From Eledone cirrhosa (taxonomy: Eukaryota), in the NCBI GenBank assembly GCA_964016885.1, contig OZ024764.1, forward strand, positions 23,808,001 through 23,872,000: DNA of 64,000 nucleotides, read 5' to 3'. The translations under genes were made by a program, and so were the position numbers. The notes under the pieces are model-generated. The model searched no databases. It worked only from the letters and a program-made list of their open reading frames with translations, and was not told the origin of the DNA. This document shows, one piece after another, positions 1-12,376 of this stretch. Each line of letters begins with the position of its first letter. Position 1 is the first letter of the stretch.

Positions 1-265
1 CGATGATGATGACACAAACACATATATATATACAAACACACATATATATATATATACATACAGACACACATATACACACCCACACATATATATATAAGAA
101 ATAATAATCACACACGCAATACTAATTAACACCATATCACTATAGAGACCTGTTGTAAATAAACAAAGAGTGTATCGTAAATTTCATCGTAAAAAAAACA
201 AAAAACACATTCACTTGTCAGAAAACCTAGTTTCATTTTAGAGGACGTAAAACTTAACCTATGCC
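1..265. mobile_element. Right arm of long-TIR palindromic MITE (same insertion as 62279-62929)
   Basis: Near-identical to 62665-62929; ends CCTATGCC followed by CTTAGCTG (266-273), the TSD seen at the full copy. Confidence 0.85.
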
Positions 266-354
266 CTTAGCTGTTCTATTTTAATTACATTTACTGATTT
301 CAACTTTCATTTTTATATTACAAACTTTACATAATTTAATTCCGTAAAAATATT

Positions 355-487
355 TTACGTCACAAAAAAATCATGAAGCATGCGCAGTGGTGCAGTTGTC
401 GACTTCCTGTCCACGTGTTAGTCTTCCTACAACAACATTTAGACAACATTTCTGTAAATACTAAACACCTGAGACTATAATGTAAGT
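355..487 (+). promoter_or_regulatory. Unit 1 promoter, non-coding exon 1 and 5' splice donor
   Basis: TTACGTCA (CRE/ATF-like, 355-362), GCATGCGCA (NRF1-like, 378-386), ACTTCCTGT (ETS, 402-410), CACGTG (E-box, 412-417), AAT|GTAAGT donor at 482; block conserved in all five units. Confidence 0.7.
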
Positions 488-1619
488 ATTATGTCTATTA
501 ATATTGTAGATTTAAGCTCACTTTTCACATCACAAATATATATTTTCTTGTTTGTTTCATTACTGGAAATATAAAATGTTATCGTAATTATCTATATTTT
601 ACCTACCTCTAATTAATTAAAGTGAAAACTTTTGTTGTTGCTGAAAAATAAATTAACAAAACTAAATATTTAAATATTCTAAAGGTCGTTTTTATATTAT
701 GTGATGATATAATTAATATATTTTATTACAATTGTATAAATTTACAGTAGAATAACGTTGTAAATATGTTTTAAATATATACATAAATAACATAAGTGTG
801 TAAATAACATTATAAATTGCTGGCAATTCCTTGAGAAAGACATTACAAATATATTGTCTAAACTGTGTATAATAATATAATTTATTGAACAATAATGATA
901 AAGGAATGAAAAACACAGTGGGAGATGGCAATTCACCACCAAACGAGGTAAACATTTTTAACTTTCCCCTTTTTTTGCTTTGTCCGAGACAACTCAAAAT
1001 ATTCTTCAAGGAACTGGATTTTCCATTCGGTTGGATCGAACGGATTTTACCATTTATAATCTACGGAGAGGAATAACAGATGTTCGGAGGAAAAAAGAAT
1101 TGTTTGTGGCAACAACGTAGGGAACCAACCTGGAGCAATTGTATCACACAATTATACTTTCCTCCTTAACATACACTTACAAGTTTTCAAAATCAAACCC
1201 CCCAAATATAAAATATAAATAATTATAAATGGCGAGGAACCATCCCATCTCCCTCTTGAAATAACCTGAATCTATTTATAGTCAGGTGTGACTGAAAGGT
1301 CAATCCATACTTCCATTCTATTTCACAGAATTAGAAGCTTTGACCACTTGATAGAATTCAGGTCCAGTAATGTAATCACTCCGTAATTGTAAACATCTTG
1401 TATCACTATCATTCAGGTTTTTATTTTACTCAAGTCTTGCCCATGTTTTTTTTTTTTCTTTTTTTTTACACAAACTCACAATTTCGGTTTTTACTGCGGA
1501 TTTACCCATGCGAACTATTACACAAACTCACAGCCTTAGATTTTGTATTTCTAGCGTTTTTATTTTCCTTCTCTTTGCATGTTCAGTGCTCTTTCTCTCC
1601 CACTGTATTTATCTGCCTC

Positions 1620-3140
1620 TCACATGACCACACTCCTCTCCACGCACTCATCATCTTCTCACTCCTTCTACACATTCCAACGCTGGCCCTCTACTGCCGG
1701 CTGTTGCCAGCCCGCCACCTGATTGCGCCCTCTGTGCCCGCACTAACCAGTACTTGAAGACAATTAAATGTCACCTATGCCACGCAAGCCAAAGCTCAAG
1801 CCGAAAGGCTTCAACACTGGACCTGTCATCGGTGCCACTTCAGCTCTGACTATTCCGTGGGGATGACCAACACTCTACCGACGACTTTGCCACAGCCCCC
1901 CTGGGCTTCTCCAAATCAAAGCACCTTAGGAGCCCCGATCACAGACCTGGCCTTCGAGTCAACCATCCAATCGAAGATGGTTGGCCTTGAGCAGCTGCTG
2001 AGGAATATTGAAGATATCGAACCCCATCTAAGTTTCTTCTTACTCAGAAACTACCTGTCTATTCCTAAGCTTCTGTATCTACTCAGGGTCAGCCCCTCTC
2101 ACAGATTTCCATCCTGCCTCCAACGCTTCGACGACCTAATCTTCGAGAGACTCGAATGTCTGGTCAATGTTAGTAAGTGTTCGTCCCTCTCTCTGCCCTG
2201 CTTCCTTTCCTCCACCCAAGCTTGCAGCATCCTCTCCTCTCCAACATGGACTAGTTCCAACAGGGAGTTGTGTGAAGCTCTCCAGCAATGGAGTGAGTTG
2301 GGCTTGTCTCTTCCTGAGAAGGTGGAGGACAGGATACGTTGGAATGCCACCTTCGACTCCCTCTTCGTCCTCTCAGATCAGTTTACAAGGTGCCGCTTAC
2401 CATCTGCCAGCGCCAAATACTCCGGTGACTGGGTCGATGCCTTACCCGTGGCCAACGTTGGAGGCCTACTCAGCCTGGATGAACTTCGTGTCTCCATCAC
2501 CCTCACAGTGGGAGCTGACGTCTGCATGGGTTTGAGATGTGGCTAACTCCTCGACTCCACAGGCCCCCACGGTCTTTCTTGCTGCCTGAATGCCGGCCAC
2601 TTTGCCCGTCACACGGAGCTAAACTTTATTCTGAAGAGAGCTTTGGCCCGGGCAAACATCCCCTCGGTCTTGGAACCATCTGGGTTGTCCAGAAGTGACG
2701 GCAAAAGACCTGACGGCCTTACCCTGTGCCCCTGGTCGAGAGGCAGGTGCTTAATCTGGGACGTCACTGTTAGTGACTCCTTTGCTCTTTCCCACATCCT
2801 TGATGCTGCGGTAAGGACGAGAGCCACAGCTTCGGCAGCCGAGCGGAGTAAGACCCTCAAATACTCTGATCTGTCGACCAGCTACATTTTTCAGCCTGTG
2901 GCTTTCGAGACGTTTGGGGGAGTCGGGCCGCTGACTGCGAGGTTCCTTTCCTCACTGGCGGCTCGCCTTATAGAGGTAACTGGCGAAATCGCGAGGGCGC
3001 TTGGCTGTTCCAGCACCTCAGCCTCGCCATCACCCGATGTAACACTGCCAGTGTGCTGGCTTGCCTCAAAACTCATTAGAGAGGTTTCCCAGTACCCCTC
3101 GTTGCTGTCTTTTGCTCTGGTGTTGGCTCCGTTGTCCACC
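1620..3140 (+). mobile_element. CRE-clade-like non-LTR retrotransposon, internally deleted (RT domain missing); ends approximate
   Basis: ORFs 1857-2546 and 2643-3176 carry the C-terminal C..HGLSC..RH knuckle and the RPDGLTL..WDVT..AE..K..KY..PVAFET restriction-like endonuclease motif; collinear with 44780-48140 apart from deletions. Confidence 0.8.
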
Positions 3141-3507
3141 CCTTCCTTTACATTTTCTTTAATATTGCAACATTGAAGGAATTTATCTTTCATTGTATCA
3201 TCCTTTATAGTGTTACCGAGGCATTTGTAATGTTATTTATATATTTAAAACATATTTCTTATGTTATTCTACTGTAAATTTATTTATATGCTCTGTTTAT
3301 ATATTCATTCTGAAGTAACTTATCCACTTGTGTTGATATAAGTGATTCTATGACTTTCCTCTAAGCATTGTGTCATTATATATGTTATTATAAACGTGAA
3401 TAAATTGAATTTATAGTGTGATAATAGGCCACACCTCACACCCTAGGGGTTAACTACACACTTTGAGGCAAGCCAACACACTGGCAGCATTACAACGGGT
3501 GATGGTG

Positions 3508-3603
3508 AGGCTAAGGTGCTTAAATAACCAGGTACTCTTACGGATATCACCTGACACCTCAGTAAGGTGAGGCTACGGTGCTGAAATAACCAGGTACCCT
3601 CAC
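3508..3603 (+). repeat. 62-bp intron-1 minisatellite, about 1.5 units
   Basis: Unit GAAATAACCAGGTACCCTCACGGGTATCACCTGACACCTCGGTAAGGTGAGGCTAAGGTGCT; same array at 18499, 32731, 48458 and 63684. Confidence 0.9.
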
Positions 3604-3963
3604 GGAAACGACTAGATTTGTAGAAAAAGTAGGGTGAAAGTATACAAAGAGATGTAGTTTCACAGATCTACTCACACCTCACGTTGGGTGAGAATAATTA
3701 TTTTTCTTAGAATTCTTGCTATACCCCTTTTCCAGTATTTTTTCTCTGAACCCCTTAGATACTTGCGATAGACGTTTTATTTCCCAGTATTAGGATTAGG
3801 GTTTCCGTTTTCAGGAAGAAAAGTCGATTGCAAACATCTAAGAGTTCGAGCAATAAAATTAAGGAAAGATAATTATTTCCCAGCCAACTGGAGAAGTGTG
3901 TAGCTCTTCTAAACTCCGATAATCCTGTCTCCCACTTCTTTATCTACAAATCTAGTCGTTTCC
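3604..3963. mobile_element. About 360-bp palindromic MITE with a TTAGGG-containing centre
   Basis: 21-bp perfect TIR GGAAACGACTAGATTTGTAGA...TCTACAAATCTAGTCGTTTCC; internal segments are also mutually inverted. Confidence 0.8.
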
Positions 3964-3981
3964 TGCTACTTTGTTCCCTGG

Positions 3982-4602
3982 GGTATGCCTTAGTATTTGA
4001 CACCATCTATCTGTCTTACTCCCTAACTAGAAAGAAGTCAATCTGTCTCATGTGCTCACCTGATTGGTAGGTTATTAGGTGGTTGGTAGGTTTCTTGAAG
4101 TGTTGCAAATGGTTAGTTCACTTGCATCACAAAATACAAGAAGCCTCACTCCTCCTTCATTTCTTGAGCCATAACCATGACCACCATGTACCCCAGTGTA
4201 TCTATCCTGGAGCTGTCCAACATGACCATGGTAGTCCCCTGCTATTATAATTAGGTCTCTGTCATTGTGGTTATCTCTACTTATTCCTTTTCTACATATG
4301 GAGCAGGGCCACTTTCCTGAAGGTGTCAGGGTCTTCTCTCCTATCCATTAGCACTTTAGTTTTGGCTAAGTATATTCTCAGAACTTACCATTTCAAATTC
4401 TATATCTATAGCTGGTCATCTACATAGAGAAGTTTCCATAGACAGCCAGTCTTAAACCTCTCTGTTATGGCTTGGAGAACTATGATGAACAACAGTGGGC
4501 TAAGAACTAAACCATGATGAACTCCTACCTGTACCTTCAATTCCTCACTAGACACACTTTACTGACAGCTTCTCACAAGGCATTCTTCTACACCTAATTT
4601 CC
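3982..4602 (-). mobile_element. RTE-type LINE fragments (APE and RT pieces)
   Basis: Minus strand gives degenerate GD..GHVG..GVHGGHGYG..ICNT..ITYQSG (APE) and VGVHHG.VLSPLLFIIV (RT) motifs. Confidence 0.7.
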
Positions 4603-4606
4603 TTAA

Positions 4607-6089
4607 CCCTTTAGTATATAAACTGGCCATATCTGGCCAGAATTCTCCCACATCTTTCTGTTCAAACTGGCCATAATTAAATAATAATAACAATAATGAA
4701 ATATTGTGTACAGTGCCCAGGTGCACCACAACTCATCAAAAAAGTGCATGTACAGTACATAGGGCAATGCACAAACATCAGTAAAATGAACAGTGCACGA
4801 GTCATGATACACAAATGTGTGCATGTGTATGGAAAGGGTACATCAGGTGTAGTTTTGGCATATTTCGGGAAGCATGAGTGTCTTAAAGGATGCAGTGTCT
4901 CGGCAGATAACAACTGACGCAGGCAGTTTGTTCCCTACTTCAGCAACTCTGAACGTGAAAAAATGTCTACGAAAGTCATGGGAGCTGTGCTGTTTTCTGA
5001 TCTTGTAGGCATGTCCACATGTGTTAGACACATGGAGATCAAAGAGGCGCTCAGGGTTGCAATTGGCGAGATGGTTAAAAACTTTGTGGGCATTCACCAA
5101 GTCCATTGCCAGACGTCGGAGCTTCAATGAATTCATGCTCAGGGAAGCAAGGCGTTCAGAGTATGGTAGGTGTCTGATGGAGGGTATGCGCTTGGTTGCA
5201 CGTCTCTGAACAGATCCCTGTGGTACACCAGATGACATCTCATATGGTGAAGAATGCTGACCTAGAACCGTGACTACTTCTTTTCGGCTGAGAATGAAGG
5301 ATTTCAACCAGTCGAAAAGATCATCCCTCACACCCATTGCAGAGAGTTTTGCCATAAGTCTTTTGTGTGGCACAGAATTAAAAGCCTTAGCAAAGTCAAG
5401 GTAAACAACATACACCCATGAGCTGCTGTCAGTGATCCGGGTGATGTCCTCAAGGAACTCAATAAGCTGATCACAGCAGCTGGAGTTAGGGATAAATCCA
5501 AACTGTGAGGGCCGGATGAGGCTGTGAGAGCTCCAGAAGTTCCAAAGTGTTTCTCTGACACAGGATTCCATCAGTTTGGCCATACAGCTAGTAAGACTGA
5601 CTGGACGATAGTTGACAGGTGACATGCGGTTGCTCTTTTTGAACAGGGGAATGACACTGGCAGTTTTCCACTGCTCCGGAGTAGCACCATTGTTGAGACA
5701 GTATTGAAAGAAGAAAGAAAGCTGGCGCAAAAGGAAATACCCGCCACGTTTGAGAAGCAGGTATGTCACACCATCAAGACCAGGGGAGGCATAGTTGCGC
5801 TTATTCTTAAGGTGACGTCACAACATTGCAGGTGTAAATTCCATAGTTGTTATGGAATTTGATGTTAGAGATGGTGGAGATGGTACATTCTGGTTTTCAA
5901 CAGTAAAAATACTTGCATAGCACTCAGCAACGAGTTCTGCGCATTCCTTGATTGGTCACTTATACTTATGTTAAGGTATTGTTCTCAATATAAATAACAT
6001 GAAAATCTCATAGATTTGATATTATGAGAGATAAAGCATTTACTGTGAAAATATAATAGTAAATATAAAGTAATGTGAATACGAAAGGG
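4607..6089. mobile_element. piggyBac-like MITE interrupted by a CR1-like LINE
   Basis: TTAA|CCCTTTAGTAT ... ATACGAAAGGG|TTAA; uninterrupted 208-bp copy at 37173-37380. Confidence 0.75.
4677..5950 (-). mobile_element. CR1-like LINE, 5'-truncated, internally deleted
   Basis: ORF 4843-5769: NYRPVSLTS, YLDFAKAFNSVPH, then SGVPQGSV fused directly to QRRATK (YADD region deleted); (TTA)n tail near 4677. Confidence 0.85.
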
Positions 6090-6097
6090 TTAATCTA

Positions 6098-6970
6098 ATG
6101 TCACTAATAACTACTTTTATCAGTCAGTTTAATCTAATGTCACTAATAACTACTTTTATCAGTCAGTATAATCTAATGTCACTAATAACTACTTTTATCA
6201 GTCAGTATAATCTAATGTCACTAGTAACTACTTTTATCAGTCAGTATAATCTACTGTCACTAATAACTACTTTTATCAGTCAGTATAATCTAATGTCACT
6301 AATAACTACTTTTATCAGTCAGTATAATCTAATGTCACTAATAACTACTTTTATCAGTCAGTATAATCTAATGTCACTAATAACTACTTTTATCTGTCAG
6401 TATAATCTAATGTCACTAATAACTACTTTTATCAGTCAGTATAATCTAATGTCACTAATAACTACTTTTATCAGTCAGTTTAATCTAATGTCACTAATAA
6501 CTACTTTTATCAGTCAGTTTAATCTAATGTCACTAATAACTACTTTTATCAGTCAGTTTAATCTAATGTCACTAATAACTACTTTTATCAGTCAGTTTAA
6601 TCTAATGTCACTAATAACTACTTTTATCAGTCAGTTTAATCTAATGTCACTAATAACTACTTTTATCTGTCAGTATAATCTAATGTCACTAATAACTACT
6701 TTTATCAGTCAGTTTAATCTAATGTCACTAATAACTACTTTTATCAGTCAGTTTAATCTAATGTCACTAATAACTACTTTTATCAGTCAGTTTAATCTAA
6801 TGTCACTAATAACTACTTTTATCTGTCAGTATAATCTAATGTCACTAATAACTACTTTTATCAGTCAGTTTAATCTAATGTCACTAATAACTACTTTTAT
6901 CAGTCAGTTTAATCTAATGCCACTAATAACTACTTTTATCAGTCAGTATAATCTACTGTCACTAATAACT
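6098..6970 (+). repeat. 39-bp minisatellite, 22 full units
   Basis: Unit ATGTCACTAATAACTACTTTTATCAGTCAGT(A/T)TAATCTA; ends about 145 bp upstream of the exon-2 acceptor. Confidence 0.97.
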
Positions 6971-7094
6971 AACCTATGTCAGTCAGCACATTCTTCACCA
7001 AAGAAGGCCTTAGTATTTATTACAGTCCATTTATCAATATAGAAATATTATATGAAATTTGTACTGATGTATTACAAGTTTCTGAGTATCTTAT

Positions 7095-7115
7095 AATGTT
7101 CTTTTATTATTTCAG
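7095..7115 (+). promoter_or_regulatory. 3' splice acceptor of the ZNF exon (exon starts 7116)
   Basis: TTCTTTTATTATTTCAG|AATACC conserved, with the AG ending at 7115, 23246, 37821 and 52394. Confidence 0.7.
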
Positions 7116-7914
7116 AATACCAGAGGACATTGGCATTAAAGAGCACATTACATCAGACATATCCTCAACATTAACCATTTCTAATGAAAGACACTATCCA
7201 TCATTTTCAAATAATTTTGAAAACACTCAACACTTTGAAGGGATTTAGTAATATAACTAAATTTCTCAGTATTAAGCTGCTATTTGGAACATAACTTTGC
7301 ACAATTTCATGAAGTTACAATGGAAAGTTTTTAGATAAATATAAAGACTGGTATGAAAAGGATAAAACACTTTTATATCAGTTGTTTCATCAACACCATT
7401 ATTTAAAGATTAAAGGAAGCTGTTATACAGAACAGATACAACCTTGTTTATATAAATCTATGGGAGAAATACTGTGAAATATTTCTTGTAAACTCAATAA
7501 CCCTTCTATTCTTTGCTGTCTGGAATATGTAGAAGATACAAAATAAAGCTGAAGAAATTTACACATGATTTTGTAAGATCTTCATATATTGACAAAGATG
7601 ATAGTAGATGGAACTACAGGAGTAGAAATATTTCCATTATTACAGGAATAACTAATCAAATGAAAACTAGAAAAATTAGATTCTTCACTGTCTGGAATAT
7701 GTACAAGATGATTTTATATGTATATTAAACTTGAAGACATCAACAAAACAGTTTGTATCATCTTTAAATATAAAGAAAGACCAAGTTGATGGAAATATAT
7801 CTGGAGGAATATGTTTTAGGAATAATATTATAAACATAAAGAAGAAAAATATCCATATATTGCGAGGAGAAAAATATTAAAACTGTGAATTATGTGAGAA
7901 ACTGACGTGATTGA

Positions 7915-9135
<1,221 letters not shown>

Positions 9136-9391
9136 CAGTAGTACCTTAACCAAGCATTTGTGTATTCATACAGAAGTTTAGCTGTATCAATATCAAACTC
9201 ATTACATCATACTACAACAACAACAACAATTGTGTAGATCCATCATCCTTGCTAAAACTGGGGTTAACCTTGTAGGTTTTACCTATGACAGGGATCATAA
9301 ACACCAGGTTTCCATTTTTGAAGTAGTGTTTAAAGATTTTGTGTAAATTAATGTTTTTCACATTAAACTTTGATTTATTATACTTTAACAG

Positions 9392-9637
9392 GTAAGATAT
9401 ATATTTGTATTTTTAGTAAAGGTTGGCAACTTCTGTAATTTAAACCTGCCAATAAAATGAAAACTTTTGTTGTTGCTAGTCTGACATTGATATTAATTCT
9501 ATTGTCCTGTACATTGTCTCAAATATCACAGATTAAACAGATTTTAACAATAACAACAGAAATCAATAATTTGTAAGCCCAATATCTAGCTTCCATTTTA
9601 ACTATTTGATATTGTTGTTCTCCTCCTGTCTCTTCAG
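9392..9637 (+). other. Putative 3'UTR intron containing an internal AATAAA (9451)
   Basis: CAG|GTAAGA donor and CTCCTCCTGTCTCTTCAG acceptor; conserved at 24693-24935 and 54099-54344. Confidence 0.55.
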
Positions 9638-9661
9638 GTGTTTTAGATTTCAACTTCTATC

Positions 9662-9763
9662 ATCATCATCATCATCATCATCACCGTTTTACGTCCGTTC
9701 TTCCACGCTAGCATTGGCCAGAGGTCACGGTTGTAATACAGAGGTGTAATTGGGTACGGTCGG
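9662..9763 (-). mobile_element. Short 5'-truncated retroposon with a (GAT)n RTE-type tail
   Basis: Flanked by the 8-bp TSD CTTCTATC (9654-9661, 9764-9771); site is empty in units 2 and 4. Confidence 0.8.
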
Positions 9764-9944
9764 CTTCTATCTACTGTTCTATTCCATCACCAAGGCAACA
9801 TTCATCTGGCTGACAGCTTACATCAGCTACAGATCTCATCAGTGGTTCACAACAGGCTGTCTGAAAGAAACTTTCAGATATCTTCTATGTCATAGCTATC
9901 AATCTCCTCCTCCTTATCATATGTATCATGTAGAACATCTCTGA

Positions 9945-11590
9945 ATTTATATTTAAGAGGGAGATCTTTTACTGTCCCTACCCTTTTGTTAGATTGTCTT
10001 GTACCTCTCTCACAGTCCCTCTAGATCTTATATTTAACAGGGAGATCTTTTACTGTCCTTACCCCTTTTGTTAGATTGTCTTGTACCTCTCTCACAGTCC
10101 CTCTAGATCTTATATTTAACAGGGAGATCTTTTACTATCCCTACCCTTTATTTAGGTTGTCTTACATGTGGCCGGTGCTCTGGTGCAATAAGTAGCAGCA
10201 AGTGCCCACAAAATACTAGCTCTTTCAACTGCGCAGAGGGTTCTATAGAAATAGTGGACAGCTTCCGTTACCTGGGTGACAAAATCAGCAGTGGGGGAGG
10301 GTGCTCCGAAAGTACAGTAGCTAGAGTCAGAACTGGATGGAAAAAGTTCAGAGAGCTTATACCACTATTAGCCGCTAAAGGGTTCTCCCTAAAAATGAAA
10401 GGCAGGTTGTATGATGCCTGCATACGAACAGCAATGTTGCATGGCAGTGAGACCTGGGCATTGTGTGCAGAGGATATACGCAGACTAGAGAGGAACGAAG
10501 CTTGCATGCTCCGCTGGATGTGTAATAGTAATATACGCGAACGGCAAAGCATAAACGAACTAAGGAAAAAATTAGAAATAAGAGGGATCAGATGTTGTTT
10601 ACTTGAGAGAAGGCTACGTTGGTATGGTCACGTGATGCGCATGAAAGACGACAGCTGTATAGCAAACTGCAGGGCAATAAAGATAGACGGTAGCCACGGA
10701 GTAGGCAGACCCAGAAAAACCTGGGACGAGCTGATAAATTCCGACCTCACACACTTACACCTCTCCAAGACAATGAGACAATGTCACTGGACTGAGAGCT
10801 TTGGCGGTACTCAGTAATAGAGAAGACCCGCCTTACCTAAATACAAAGTAAAACCTACTACAGTCAGTAGGCATCTCTAACAAAATACACCCCCACACCG
10901 CCCCTTTCAATGTAAAGTTATGTTGGTGCCACAAAATCCAGGCCGAAACGAATGAGATCGTGTAGGTCTCACGACAAAAAAAAACACAGTCCACGCTGTA
11001 ATATGACCGTGTAGGCAACACGGTAAAAACCTCCCAGTCCCACACTGTAAATGTGGTTGGTGTTAGGAAGAGCATCCAGCTGTAGAAAACCAGCCAGACA
11101 GTCCACGCTGTAATGTGGCCATGTAGGCAACACAGTAAAAATCTCCCAGCCCCACACTGTAAATGTGGTTGGTGTTAGGAAGGGCATCCAACTGTAGAAA
11201 ACCCGCCAGACAGTCCTATGCGAGCAAGACAACCACTCTTGCCTCAAGTGGGAAAACTCCCGTCCAAACCCATGCAAGCATGGAACATGGACGTTAAACG
11301 ATGATGATGATGATGATGTCTTGTACCTCTCTCACAGTCCCTCTAGATCTTATATTTAACAGGGTGATATTTTACTGTCTCTACCCATTTCTCAAGGTTG
11401 TCTTGAGCCTCTCTCACAGTACCTGTAGATTTTATATTAAACGGAGATGTTTTACTGTCCCTACCCTTTTCTCTAGGTTGTCTTGTACCTCTCACAGTCC
11501 CTGTAGATCTTATATTTAACAGGGAGATCTTTTACTCTCCAACCCTTCTATCTCCAGATAGTCTTGTATCTGTCAGTCCCTCTAGATCTT
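9945..11590 (+). repeat. About 82-bp pyrimidine-rich minisatellite split by an RTE insertion
   Basis: TCTTGTACCTCTCTCACAGTCCCTCTAGATCTTATATTTAACAGGGAGATCTTTTACT.. repeated at 9945-10163 and 11317-11590; paralogous arrays at 25020-25150 and 54520-54955. Confidence 0.85.
10164..11316 (+). mobile_element. RTE LINE 3' fragment with SINE-like 3' end
   Basis: ORF 10254-10817 (FRYLGD..LHGSETW..RRLRWYGHV..GRPRKTW); GGACGTTAAAC(GAT)n tail; apparent TSD TGTCTT; specific to unit 1. Confidence 0.85.
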
Positions 11591-11881
11591 ACACCTAGTA
11601 TCTAGTCTATATTGAGTGGTATGTCCTTCTCCAGTAAAGGAGTTAATATTCCCAACCATCTGTCTATCCTGTTTTCTGATGAGAATGAAGTCAATCTAGT
11701 TTATCTCTTCACCTGATTGAAGTAACTAGATCAAGTAACTAGATGTTTTCCTGTAAGTTAGTGTTGCAGTGTTTGTGTCACCATGTAAGGTTTATATCTA
11801 TTAATATAGAGATGTAGTAAAGTTTTCACTGTTGTATCTCTACTTTCTAAATATCTTAATAATGTTTCTCTACTATTTCAG

Positions 11882-12322
11882 AATATCAAAAGACCTTGAC
11901 AGAAAAGAGTCTTTTAAAGACAACAGAAAGATGTTACATTCAAGTGATATAAACTTGTTTAGTCTGTGGTGAATTATGGTGAAATATTTCTTCTGAATTG
12001 AGATAAATAACAACATTTTCCTTTTTCACTGTCTGGAATATTTACAAGATGATTTTACATTCTGATTAAACTTTGGATATTTACAAAGGAGTTTTCAAAA
12101 TATTGGATATTGACAAAGATCACATTTGGTAAAATTATGAACAATAGAAATATTTACATCAACATAGGAATAATTTCCAGAAGAGATGGGAAAATCATTA
12201 TACCACTGTAATATTTGTGGTAAAGTATTCTCTCTTCTTTATATGTAGAACATCTAACTAAACACTTTAATTAACAAACTATTGTGCTATAGAATTGACA
12301 AACTTGAGGAATGTTTAATAAA
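11882..12322 (+). pseudogene. Degenerate paralog of the ZNF exon with a half-finger remnant
   Basis: Acceptor CTACTATTTCAG|AATATC resembles the exon-2 acceptor; ATG 12186 gives MGKSLYHCNICGKVFSLLYM* (to 12248); AATAAA at 12317. Confidence 0.7.
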
Positions 12323-12376
12323 TGTTACAGATTTCTCCAAACTGTCGTTTACTAACTTTAATTTGAAGCTATATTA

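Noticed and set aside
713-1009. Small ORFs recurring in all units (713-1009, 18192, 32431, 43891, 63377)
   Set aside because: AT-rich low-complexity intronic sequence; recurrence reflects recent segmental duplication and the starts differ.
1620-3140. Site-specific independent CRE insertions into ZNF introns
   Set aside because: The two copies share flanks and lesions, so one insertion was copied by segmental duplication.
6098-7042. 314-aa ORF of MSLITTFISQYNL repeats (also 37389 and 51689) as a protein
   Set aside because: It is a by-product of a 39-bp stop-free unit; it lies in an inferred intron, its length varies freely and it does not join the ZNF frame.
6976-7248. 90-aa ORF upstream of the ZNF CDS as an N-terminal effector exon
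   Set aside because: It spans the inferred acceptor, ends in a stop well before the ZNF ATG, is disrupted in unit 2 and has no recognisable domain.
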